Part shown: positions 48,476 through 58,200 of the stretch, one piece after another
How positions within the stretch are numbered: the stretch's first letter is position 1
How the letters are laid out: each line of letters starts with the position of its first letter
Assembly: GCA_947494155.1 (NCBI GenBank)
Contig: CANLTW010000008.1
Coordinates: forward strand, 1 to 64,000
Length of the DNA: 64,000 bases
DNA from: Chlamydiota bacterium
GTDB lineage: Bacteria; Chlamydiota; Chlamydiia; Chlamydiales; RGXB01
Direction: 5' to 3'
Position numbers and translations under genes: made by a program
Notes under the pieces: model-generated
What the model was told of the DNA's origin: nothing
What the model saw: only the letters and a program-made list of their open reading frames with translations
Database searches by the model: none

Positions 48476-50689
48476 CTACTCAATAGACTCAGATAAAATT
48501 GCAGCTTTATAAAAACCCTCTTGAAGCATCAGTTCCTCATGCGTACCCCTTTGGACCACAGAACCATGATCTAAAACAAGAATTTCATCGCAATCACGGA
48601 TTGTGGAGAGCCTCTGCGCTATAATAAGGGCACTGCAACCCCTTTTTCTGAGGTTTAGGCTGACAAGTGCTTCCGTTTTATAATCCAAAGCACTGGTTAT
48701 CTCATCGGTTATGATCAGAGTAGGGTCTTTAATTAGAGCTCTTGCTATTTCCATCCTTTGCCTTTGCCCACCACTAAAAACACCACCCCCCTCGATCAGG
48801 TGAAAATCGTAACCTGAAGCTCTCTTCATAATATCATCATGAATACATGCATCCTCAGAGGCCCTTATTAAAGGTTCATCATCTGCATGCTCATCCCAAA
48901 AAGTGAGATTGTCTTTTACGGACCCCTCGAAGAAAAAAAGGGTAGAATCCACATAGGATACAGAGGCTTTAAATAGAGCTTCAGGAATTTCCTCTATGGG
49001 TTTCCCATCAAACAAAATTTTTCCTGACCAGGGTTTGAAGAGAGTTGATGCCAGGCGTGCTATAGTTGTTTTTCCACTCCCCACGGGACCCACAATGCCG
49101 ATTCTTTTTCCCGGCTCCAATTTAAAAGAGATGTTTTTTATAAATGGGGGTTGTAGTGCACTAAAGCCAAAAGAGACATCCACGAACTCTAAGTAGCCAT
49201 TAAGTTTACCCTCCGAGATGTGACACACATTTCCTGAATTACCTAGCGATCCTTTTTCGGGTTGGGTTTGTAAAACATCATCCAATCTTTGCACGTTGAT
49301 TTTCATCGTTTGTAAATTATTCGACATATTCATTAACCCCTGAACAGGCGTCATGAAATAGGCTAGAAATGATTGCAAAGAGAGAACCATTCCAATGGAA
49401 AGATTCCCTTGATAAATCTCTATAGTCCCAACCGTTAATAGAATCACATTGCCTAATTGCATCGTTAATGAGGGAAACATCGTAAGAATAGTACTACGAA
49501 TTTCCGTCTTTAGTTCGGCATTACGCATCTTCGCATAATAACCCGAAAAAACCCCAAAAGATGCGGACTCATTTCCAGCAGATTTTATTGATTCTATAGA
49601 GCGTAAAATACCGATTCCATAACCCACGGATTTACCATACTCCTGCTGCATGATTGTGAAGGCATCATTTCTGGAACGATTGATCAGAAAAAACAGTAAA
49701 ATATTGAGAGCCGCTAAAGAAAGCCCCAAAATAGCAATAGGGACACTGTAGATGAAAATGACCGCTAGGTAAAAAAAGATTAAAATAACATTGAGGGCGA
49801 GTGTGATCAAACTACCTGAAATCAGAGAGGATACCTCTTCGTTCAAGGTAAATCTCCAACCAAGTTCACCGACCGCTCTTTGACTGAAGAAGCCAAAAGA
49901 GAGTTTCATAAGATGGGAAAAAAACACTGTAGAGAAATCTATACTCATCTTTGTATAAAATTTTCTCAACATTTTCGCTTGTGTAATTCTTAACCAAACG
50001 GTCACTACCGTAACAATAAAGAGCAGTCCTACCAGAAGTAAACCGAAACTCGAATTGTTGGTGGTGAGAACTTTATCGTAAAAAAATTGTATAGAAATAG
50101 GCAAAAAGAACCAGGGCAAAAGGAGAAACACAGAAAGAAAAGAGAGATACGAAAGGGGGCCGTAATATCCTTTAAGACGACGAAAAAGGGGGCGTATAAG
50201 CTCAGGTTTACGACCTGAAGGTTGAAATTCTTTAGTAGGCTTAAAGGTCATTATAAAACCTGTAAACCCCTCTTCAAAACTTGCCCAGCTCATCCTTTTA
50301 GGGCCAGAGGCAGGGTCATTCAAGTAGACAAATTTCTTGCTAACACCCTCAATCACGAGAAAATGGTTAAAATTCCAGTAGACAATACTCGGTAGAGGGA
50401 CTTCGATAATCTCATCTATTTCATAGGTCCAACCATCCGCCTCAAGTCCAAGATCCTCTCCTACTTTAATAATATCATCTGCATCGGATCCATCTCTAGT
50501 CACTCCGCAAAGGACACGTAGGGTCTCTAGAGGAACAAATTTACCGTAGTAGGCCAAAATTATAGCCAGAGCCGCTGCTCCACATTCTACCATCTCCATC
50601 TGAATAATGGTGGGCGTGCGAACCCGTCTAATCCCCCTCAAAGAGCACCAGAAGGTCGATGTGAAGATATTTTTTAACCAGGAAAACAA
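48476..50689 (-). CDS. NHLP-type bacteriocin export ABC transporter with C39 peptidase (PCAT)
   Basis: RVRTPTIIQMEMVECGAAAL (Cys), WNFNHF (His), LNDPA (Asp); NBD GPVGSGKTT / FSGGQ / TDEITS / IAQRLST. Confidence 0.94.
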   Translation of the reverse strand: MFSWLKNIFTSTFWCSLRGIRRVRTPTIIQMEMVECGAAALAIILAYYGKFVPLETLRVLCGVTRDGSDADDIIKVGEDLGLEADGWTYEIDEIIEVPLPSIVYWNFNHFLVIEGVSKKFVYLNDPASGPKRMSWASFEEGFTGFIMTFKPTKEFQPSGRKPELIRPLFRRLKGYYGPLSYLSFLSVFLLLPWFFLPISIQFFYDKVLTTNNSSFGLLLVGLLFIVTVVTVWLRITQAKMLRKFYTKMSIDFSTVFFSHLMKLSFGFFSQRAVGELGWRFTLNEEVSSLISGSLITLALNVILIFFYLAVIFIYSVPIAILGLSLAALNILLFFLINRSRNDAFTIMQQEYGKSVGYGIGILRSIESIKSAGNESASFGVFSGYYAKMRNAELKTEIRSTILTMFPSLTMQLGNVILLTVGTIEIYQGNLSIGMVLSLQSFLAYFMTPVQGLMNMSNNLQTMKINVQRLDDVLQTQPEKGSLGNSGNVCHISEGKLNGYLEFVDVSFGFSALQPPFIKNISFKLEPGKRIGIVGPVGSGKTTIARLASTLFKPWSGKILFDGKPIEEIPEALFKASVSYVDSTLFFFEGSVKDNLTFWDEHADDEPLIRASEDACIHDDIMKRASGYDFHLIEGGGVFSGGQRQRMEIARALIKDPTLIITDEITSALDYKTEALVSLNLRKRGCSALIIAQRLSTIRDCDEILVLDHGSVVQRGTHEELMLQEGFYKAAILSESIE

Positions 50690-50700
50690 AGCTTTACCCC

Positions 50701-51756
50701 TCAGTTAAAAAGATAATTTATGGGGGCATCTTCAGTTATGCGAACACGAAGGTGGCAAAATTCGGGGGTTATACGTATGTTTTCAGGCCCCTTTCCTGAT
50801 GTCCATGCATACCCTGACGGATCGTTGGGGTCTTTTTGAATTTCCACCCGAATGTTATATTTTGGTACGATACCACCAATAAATTCTATAAAAGTTTGAT
50901 CTTTTCCTATTAATCTCAAAAACCTCATTGAGGTTCCTGGGTAAGGATCCACGTATACAACTTTCCCTTTTAGACTACCGTAAATAGGATTGACATACTT
51001 TTCAAAGGAGATGAAAACCTCCATACCCTCAGCAATTCTGCCGCCGTTAGTTACATCAAAAAAGCCGTAGACATCAATCGGCTCCCCCCTATCAAATGGG
51101 GGATCCACAAGCCCTAAAGCTAGACCCGCTTGAGCAAACTCCCCTGCTCCCACATAACGGGCTATCACTTCACCTTCTACTTCCGAATAAATCGGAACCA
51201 AAACGGGATTATCCTGCATGCCCTGTAAAATTTGCGTTTCGTTTTCCAACTGAGTACGTAATAATAACGACTCAGAGGAATCGCCATTTTCTATAGCCTT
51301 TTTTAGATTGATCTCGAGCTGGTGAACTTTTGTCCCCTGGTCATTAAAAGAATCAAGAAAGTTTTTTTCATACAAATAGGCTATTACGGTGCTTTTATTT
51401 ACTATTTGTCCCTGACTAAGCTCGACAGAATAAATAAGGCCGTCTGATTTAGCGTATAAATAGAGAAGACCCTCCTTTTGTACAACAAGGCCACGACCAA
51501 CGGCATCTGTTGTGATTCTACCGTTGAATAACCAAATGAATAAAAAGCACACAATCAGACCTAAGCAGGCTAAACCTACCCACTCTTTAGGGCGGATTAT
51601 TTGGATTAGACTATTGAGATCTTCGGGGGAAATAAATTTGTCAACTTTTCCCTTTCTAAAAAAAGTTTCCTCCTCATGATCTGGAGGGGTAGCCTCTCCC
51701 GGATTTTCCGACTGGGGATTTGTTTTCAGCTCCTCCCCCTTTTTTTCCTCATCCAT
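50701..51756 (-). CDS. NHLP-type bacteriocin secretion protein (HlyD family)
   Basis: FR...SPEDLNSLIQI, TM helix, YGSLKGKV, SGYAWTSGKGP, C-terminal PINYL. Confidence 0.9.
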   Translation of the reverse strand: MDEEKKGEELKTNPQSENPGEATPPDHEEETFFRKGKVDKFISPEDLNSLIQIIRPKEWVGLACLGLIVCFLFIWLFNGRITTDAVGRGLVVQKEGLLYLYAKSDGLIYSVELSQGQIVNKSTVIAYLYEKNFLDSFNDQGTKVHQLEINLKKAIENGDSSESLLLRTQLENETQILQGMQDNPVLVPIYSEVEGEVIARYVGAGEFAQAGLALGLVDPPFDRGEPIDVYGFFDVTNGGRIAEGMEVFISFEKYVNPIYGSLKGKVVYVDPYPGTSMRFLRLIGKDQTFIEFIGGIVPKYNIRVEIQKDPNDPSGYAWTSGKGPENIRITPEFCHLRVRITEDAPINYLFN

Positions 51757-51817
51757 AAATTACAATAAACCCCATAGTTTGTTTACCTAATCCAATAAGG
51801 TAATAAAGTCAAAGAAA

Positions 51818-53425
51818 TTAAAAAGTTAAACAGTCAAAATATCGTAAAAAATTACGTGATTTACTTTTGGGAAACAGCGATTTTAGCACCGGTCTACCCA
51901 ATTCTCCGCTAACGGCGCTCTTTACTAAAAAGAACTGTTTTTTTAATGAGGCCTGAGAAAGGTTTTTCACATTTTGAATGAAATTATCCATAGGGGATTT
52001 TTTAAAAATTTTTATTTTTTTCTTTTGGAATTTTGGGGTATACAAAACCTCATCTGCTCTGATCAAAAAGTGGGGGATATTTTGGGTTTTCATCTCTTTG
52101 ATTTCCTGAGACCGCATTGACCTTGTCATTTTAGGGACAACCCAATAGGGGTGCGGTAGATTTTTTAAAGCGTTATCCATTTTGCGGCTATTTTCTAAGT
52201 GAAACAAAGAATCAGCGACAATCTGGCCGTACATAGCTGTACCTTTGTATACAATTCTTATCAATGCTTCAGAAAAAGGTCGTAGAGCACCCTCATCAGA
52301 GGTAAGAGCCTCCAAAAGGGGCTTTTTAACACTACATAAAAAAGAGAACATGTCTAAAAAACCGTTCAAAAACGCCTGCTTATTCCCTTTTGAAAGCCTG
52401 GAAAAACTTTTTGCGCTAATTCTATTTTTCTTATCTGTGGAAAATTCTAAACCAATCCCTGCCTCTTCCTTGTAGCTTTTTGAGCACCGCATATGGTAGG
52501 AAAAAAAACCGGTTCTCAAAGCGCAACGTTCGAATATTCCATGGGATCTTTGATCTAAAAAATTGCCGGACAGAAGACACTCTGCATCGATAACAACAGG
52601 GTCCACCCCTGTTTTTAAAAAGTTTTCTGAATGAAAATCGGTGGATCCCATAACGGTGGTTAAAGCGGTCAGAGCTCCAAGGTTGTTATGGTATTTTCTG
52701 ACTGTCTCTAACTTTTTTGAAGACGTTTTTTTTATAAACTTATACCAACCGTAGCTTCCCCGATCGAGACAATCAACTTTCTTTGGAACATAAGGGGAAT
52801 TGTAGCTACGAAGCCAGTCACTTAGGGCGCAAAAAGCGAGATTGATTTTAGCACTGTTGGGTTTGTAGACCACTTTTCCATGAATAAAGGTAAGTACTGC
52901 TGCTGATCTTTGCTGGTTATGCAAATCCCCTTTATCCAATTCCAATCGCTTTATGTACCTTTTTTTGTCGGATGGAACCATTCCAGTAAAAGGGGTTATA
53001 AGATCCAAATCCGATTTGACCCGATCAAATATCTCCGTTATATATTGCACCCAATATCCAACATTCAAATCCAATAGCTCTTTTAAAAGAGGGGTTTTTT
53101 TCAAGGTCTTTTCCCATCCTCCATTTAAAAGGATCCCTAGAAAAGGTTTATATAAAGGATTATGAAGCGGATTAAATTCTTTAAATAGGATCGTATGCAG
53201 TTTATATCCATAAATTTTTTGATCGTAGTTATCGAGCTCATTTAGAAGTGTGGGTGTAATAAGGGTGAGTATGCGATAGGAAAAATTTTTAAAAAGATCG
53301 TATTGAGCCTTAGCATCTAAAATCGGATCATAAAAAAGGGGGTTTAAAAGATTTTGGTAATCCTTAAGAATGAACCCCATGATTTCCCTAAAAGGTACTC
53401 TTTCTTTTAAAGAAAAACCCTTCAT
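51818..53425 (-). CDS. Stand-alone LanM N-terminal dehydratase domain (DUF4135), no cyclase
   Basis: GDLH, VVYKP, GWYKFI, TDFHSEN, VIDAE, RIVYKGTAMY, NIPHF; ends at 535 aa without a LanC domain. Confidence 0.9.
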   Translation of the reverse strand: MKGFSLKERVPFREIMGFILKDYQNLLNPLFYDPILDAKAQYDLFKNFSYRILTLITPTLLNELDNYDQKIYGYKLHTILFKEFNPLHNPLYKPFLGILLNGGWEKTLKKTPLLKELLDLNVGYWVQYITEIFDRVKSDLDLITPFTGMVPSDKKRYIKRLELDKGDLHNQQRSAAVLTFIHGKVVYKPNSAKINLAFCALSDWLRSYNSPYVPKKVDCLDRGSYGWYKFIKKTSSKKLETVRKYHNNLGALTALTTVMGSTDFHSENFLKTGVDPVVIDAECLLSGNFLDQRSHGIFERCALRTGFFSYHMRCSKSYKEEAGIGLEFSTDKKNRISAKSFSRLSKGNKQAFLNGFLDMFSFLCSVKKPLLEALTSDEGALRPFSEALIRIVYKGTAMYGQIVADSLFHLENSRKMDNALKNLPHPYWVVPKMTRSMRSQEIKEMKTQNIPHFLIRADEVLYTPKFQKKKIKIFKKSPMDNFIQNVKNLSQASLKKQFFLVKSAVSGELGRPVLKSLFPKSKSRNFLRYFDCLTF

Positions 53426-53988
53426 TATGCTTTACTTCCTTTTTTGTCTAAATAAACAAAGGGAAGTTCTGGGTCTGTCTCTAAGTCAAAAGATTTAGCG
53501 AGAAAGATTTTTGCCTGAACCGTAAAAGCACATCCAAGGTAGCCTAAGATCTCCCCTTTGGATATGCCCATTTTGGCTAAACTTTGCAGATCTTTTGAGG
53601 AAATTTTCCCCTTTTTATCAAAGTATTTCCTTAAAAACCGTAATACCGCATGGACTAAAGCATCCTCGGATTTCCCTCTATAGTTAAGATCCGTTTCTTT
53701 TTTTACTCCCTTTCTCTCTTTCAATGGAGAGCCATTTACCATTTGATATTGATACAGATCTCTTATGTACGGGGTATTGTAGTAGCCGGCCATCATAATA
53801 TTGATCGCTCCCCCCAGCCCTTTTGGGTAGTTGGTGACTTTTAAGGGGATAAATTTTTGATAGCTTAAGATAAACGCATCTGAAGATTGCATTAGCCTGA
53901 GTCCTCTAAGCCGAAAACCAAAAGTAGAGACCGAGTTATCAAGACGTTGTTGCGCTTTTTTATTAAGGCTTGGATAATCTATGAACAT
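53425..53988 (-). CDS. AhpD/carboxymuconolactone decarboxylase-fold protein lacking CxxC
   Basis: Family pattern RGKSED...AVLRF...KKGKISSKDLQSLAKMGISKGEI; the NxCxYC position reads YNTPYI. Confidence 0.7.
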   Translation of the reverse strand: MFIDYPSLNKKAQQRLDNSVSTFGFRLRGLRLMQSSDAFILSYQKFIPLKVTNYPKGLGGAINIMMAGYYNTPYIRDLYQYQMVNGSPLKERKGVKKETDLNYRGKSEDALVHAVLRFLRKYFDKKGKISSKDLQSLAKMGISKGEILGYLGCAFTVQAKIFLAKSFDLETDPELPFVYLDKKGSKA

Positions 53989-53994
53989 ATAAAA

Positions 53995-54465
53995 TTACAA
54001 CTCCTCAAAAACCACGAATGAATTAGCATGTTTTGTGATAAAATCTGACCAATTTAAATGGCCACACAGATCCACAATCTCCCGATTGTCAAAACCTGCA
54101 TGGATTAAGTCGGTAACATCCTTTTTTTTGATATTTGTTTTTGAACCGAGCATTTTTAGGGTAAATTCCACTGCTGCTTCAGCCATCTTTTCCTCTTTTT
54201 CTGACATTTTTTGAGAAAGATTTCGATTAAGTGCCCCCGCAAGGTAACGGCGCTGAAGAAACTCGGCTAAGGATAATTTGCAACCATTAAATTCTGCAGT
54301 CGCTAAAAAGACTCCAAGTTGCACAACATAAGGGATGGTGCTTTTTTGTAACCCTTTGATGTATCCTATATACCCTTTTTCATATTCTGACTTACCTTTT
54401 CCCATTTTAGACCAGGGCTCGATAAGACCGTTTTCATTTATTTTTTTACGACTTTTTTTTATCAT
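53995..54465 (-). CDS. AhpD/carboxymuconolactone decarboxylase-fold protein, CxxS variant
   Basis: LATAEFNGCKLS, AAVEFTLKM, DVTDLIHAGFDNREIVDL. Confidence 0.75.
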   Translation of the reverse strand: MIKKSRKKINENGLIEPWSKMGKGKSEYEKGYIGYIKGLQKSTIPYVVQLGVFLATAEFNGCKLSLAEFLQRRYLAGALNRNLSQKMSEKEEKMAEAAVEFTLKMLGSKTNIKKKDVTDLIHAGFDNREIVDLCGHLNWSDFITKHANSFVVFEEL

Positions 54466-54747
54466 CTGGGTAAACCTGTAAAAATTTAATCACTTACAAA
54501 AGGAAGGGTCTCTTCAAACTAGCATCTGTTTATGGTTTTTTGACTTTTAAGTGCTCTTTTTTTGTTTTTGCTAGTTCATTTCTCCTTAAATTTTTAATTG
54601 CCACATAAATAAAAAAGAATACAACAAAAAATTAAGAAATCTCCCCCGTCAAAAAAAGATAAAATTTTTTTCATAATATCGGCCAGCTGTGATGCACTTT
54701 GGACTAAACTAGATCTATCGAGCTCTTGTCTGCTTCGTTTTGTTTAG

Positions 54748-54782
54748 AAAAAAGACTACAAATACTTAGTTTTTGTAGTCTT
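54748..54782 (-). terminator. Intrinsic terminator after the precursor gene
   Basis: AAGACTACAAA (54752-54762) / TTTGTAGTCTT (54772-54782) 11-bp stem running into a U tract on the minus strand. Confidence 0.75.
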
Positions 54783-54824
54783 AAGAAAAAGATGTGAATT
54801 GGTTTATTTTTTATTTTGTCGGTT

Positions 54825-54941
54825 TTAAGGTTTAGAACCCGGCGTTGTAAACCCACCTCCGCCTCCGGTAATTTTCTTTTCACGATTCTTATCTGAGGAT
54901 TTCTGCTCTTTTTTGCCCGGGTTTTTAGGTTGCTTTTTCAT
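54825..54941 (-). CDS. Putative RiPP precursor, 38 aa, double-glycine leader: MKKQPKNPGKKEQKSSDKNREKKITGG|GGGFTTPGSKP
   Basis: Too short for the ORF track; AAAGGGA RBS 8 nt before ATG; SDKNREKKITGG resembles the LSxxELxxIxGG consensus; first gene of the cluster; followed by terminator. Confidence 0.85.
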   Translation of the reverse strand: MKKQPKNPGKKEQKSSDKNREKKITGGGGGFTTPGSKP

Positions 54942-55004
54942 GGTCTATATCCCTTTTGTTTTCTTTCAATTATCCTAAATCAAAAAAAACTGCAAATGGT
55001 TGAA

Positions 55005-55010
55005 ATTATA
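55005..55010 (-). promoter_or_regulatory. Candidate -10 box for the precursor gene
   Basis: Perfect TATAAT on minus strand about 64 nt upstream of the ATG; no clear -35 and region is AT-rich. Confidence 0.35.
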
Positions 55011-55212
55011 TTTCTTTACAAACATATTTTTTAAAAAACTCCTCTATTCACTTGATTCATAGGATTAAAAAAATTTTCTCAAATGAGCGTTTTTTTCTTG
55101 ATTCAATAGGGTTTCTTCAGTATGAAAAATATTTTAAACCTTAAATCGACATGGTTTTGAGTATTCAAAGCCTTCGATTAGGGACATACGTTTGATGACT
55201 GTAAGGGGACCT

Positions 55213-58200
55213 ATGCATTTTTCAAAATCTTTCATAGAGAGGCCGGTTGCTACACTTCTTGTGATGCTTACTCTCATAACATTTGGAGCGTATGCACTAT
55301 CCAATCTTCCGGTTTCAGTTTTGCCTAATACTACAGCAAACACGATCTCCGTTTCGGCAAACTATCCCGGTGCCTCTCCCGAGCAGGTAGCAACCCTTGT
55401 GACAGGGCCGCTCGAAACCCAATTTCTTTCCATTCAGGGAGTAGAATCGGTAAATTCTTCCAGTACCTACCAAAACTCTTCGATCCTTTTAAAATTCCAC
55501 CCCTCAATCAACATCAACGATGCTGCAACCAATACCCAGCAAGCCATTTCCCAAGTGCAAGGGCAGCTCCCCCCCTTACCCAATCTCCCCTCCTATACAA
55601 AGGTGAACCCCTCAGATACGCCTATTATGTATATAGTGGTCTATTCCGATACACAAGACCAAAGCTCGATTTATGACTATGCTAACAACATTATTGCAAG
55701 GCAGCTGGGCACAACTGAAGGGGTTGCTAATGTGCAGGTGTATGGAAATCCCTTTGCAGTGCGCATCCATATTGATCCGGAGTCGATCGCAGCTAAAGGA
55801 ATTACCCTTGCAGACGTCTCTAATGCCATCACTCAAAACAATCCTGTCAAACCTACGGGAAAGTTCTATGGACCCAATTTTACGATTATCACGACGGCAG
55901 ACGGGCAGCTCTTCAGCGCCGATGACTATAATAATATGATCATAAAAATTCAAAATGACAATGTGGTACGACTCACTGATATCGGAAGAGCTTTTAATAG
56001 CGTCCAGAATACGAACCAAAATATTCAATGGTTCAACAGAGGCGATTCAAAGGGAAAAGAGGCCGTTTTTATAGCTATACTTAAACAGAATAATTTCAAC
56101 ACGGTCACAGTATGTTCGAATCTTGAGAGTAAAATGTTGGAGCTGACCCCTTCGATGCCAAGGTCCATGAAATATGACATCTGTTTTAATCAAAAAAATT
56201 ATGTTCTCGAATCGGTGAAAGATATCGAAATGACTCTATATCTTGCCTTTATTTTAGTGGTAATTGTCGTTTTTCTTTATTTGGGAAAAATTCGTAACAG
56301 TGTGATTCCCCTGATCACGCTCCCCATTACGATCACTGGAACCTTCATCCTGATGTTTTTTCTAGGTTATAATGTGGATGTAATGTCTTTGTCGGCTATT
56401 ACTTTAGCTACCGGTTTCCTCGTGGACGATGCTATTATTGTTCTGGAAAATATCGTCCGGCACGGGGAGGAGGGGATGCAGCCCTACAAAGCCTCTATCG
56501 TCGGTTCTAAGCAGATTTTTACGGCAATTATTTCCATTTCGGGTTGCCTTTGCGCTGTTTTTATCCCCATGCTGTACATTCCAGGTCTTATGGGACAACT
56601 GTTTAGTGAAATGGCCGGGGTAATGATCGCGGCGATTCTTTTATCCGGTTTTATCTCCGTTACTTTGACTCCGATGCTTTGCAGTCGCTTTATTCCCCCT
56701 TACGACCCAAATAAAAAATCACGGGTAGAAGAGCTTTCTATAGCCTTCAACGAATTTTTTAGAAAATTTTATGTCCCGGTTCTCGCCTGGTCTTTACACC
56801 ACAAAAGGTCTATACTTGGGCTTTCTTTCCTTTTATTGATCACCTCAGTTGCCATAACGATAAAAACACCAAAAGAATTTCTCCCTGATACCCCTATTAA
56901 CGCGGTCATCGGTTATGTAGTGGCAGACGAAAGCGCTTCCCCGCAAAAAACGGAAGTTTTCCTGAAAGAGATTGCAAAGCACACCCTTAGCAACCCCTAT
57001 GTTCTCGGCCAATGTACCGTTTCCGATAGTCCCAGCGATAATATGGGTATTATTTTTATGATACTTGACGATTCAAAAGGGAGTATCCCTTTTGATCGTG
57101 TTTTACAAGATTTTTATGTGAAAAGCCGAAGTGTCCTTGGCTGTAAGGTTTTCTTTAAACCTCTCCCCTTAATTAACGTGCAGTCGGGAAGCTCATCTGC
57201 GGGGCGTGCTACATTCCAATATGTAGTGGCTTCACAAGATGAAAAAATCATGGAAGAAAAGACTAAAGCACTTATGAATGCCATGAGAAAAGAGCCCGAA
57301 TTTTTCCTAGTAAACTCCGATCTTTCCGTCGGAAGCCCTGTTTTTAGCATGCACATCGATCGAGATAAAGCAAGAGCATACGGAAATATTACCCCTCTTA
57401 ATTTTGAAAATAACCTCGCTTTAGCTTACGGGCAGACGTATGTTTCTACTATCTATAGGCCTAACTCGGTTAACTATGTGATCCTTGAGCTGAAAAACAA
57501 ATTCAAACAAACTCCTGGTGAGATGGATCGCCTCTTTTTGGGTCCACAGGTTCCTGGCGCAAATGTCAGCCCATGGGGGAATATGTTCTCCACAACAGAT
57601 ACGACTTCTGCGACAAACACCACATCCCTTTTTAAGGGTACACTCAAAGCCGAGCCGAACATGATAAACCACTACAACTCGCTCCCCTCAAGCACGATCT
57701 CTTTTAATATCAGTACTGGATATACAATTTCTCAAGCACTCGAAAAACTCGCTATTATCGGTCCTCAAGTTTTTGAGGGAAAAGCTGTAGGATTCTCCAG
57801 CGGGGCAAGTGCAGAATTCCAAAAGGCTATGGTACAGCTCTTCATTCTTACCGGTTTGGCTATTTTTGCGATCTATATCATCTTAGGGATCTTATATGAG
57901 AACTTTTTGCACCCTATCACCCCGATTTCTGCTGTTCCTTTAGCCGCATTTGGGGGTCTTTTGACTCTCTACCTACTGGGTTTTAAACTCTCCATTTATG
58001 CCATGATCGGGATCATCATGCTCATGGGAATCGTGATGAAAAATGGTATCTTGATTGTCGATTTCGCCCTTGAAGAGCTTGAGAAAAATCCACAAACCAC
58101 AGCCGAAGAGGCCATCACCAAAGCCTCTATGCTCAGATTTAGACCTATCCTCATGACCACGTTTGCTGCGATGATGGGAGCGGTTCCGGTTGCTCTGGGG

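Noticed and set aside
51818..53425. Calling the cluster a class II lanthipeptide system
   Set aside because: No LanC cyclase domain and no Cys in the precursor
54530..54604. Second precursor candidate (GTG-start MAIKNLRRNELAKTKKEHLKVKKP, or AAGGAG-ATG-AAC-TAG with weak similarity to the precursor 5' end)
   Set aside because: No Gly-Gly motif or plausible core; the ATG is only 2 nt from the RBS and stops at codon 3; similarity is in A-rich sequence. A decayed paralog cannot be excluded
45027..55212. Transposon, integron or prophage as carrier of the cluster
   Set aside because: No transposase, integrase, terminal repeats or target duplication found by eye
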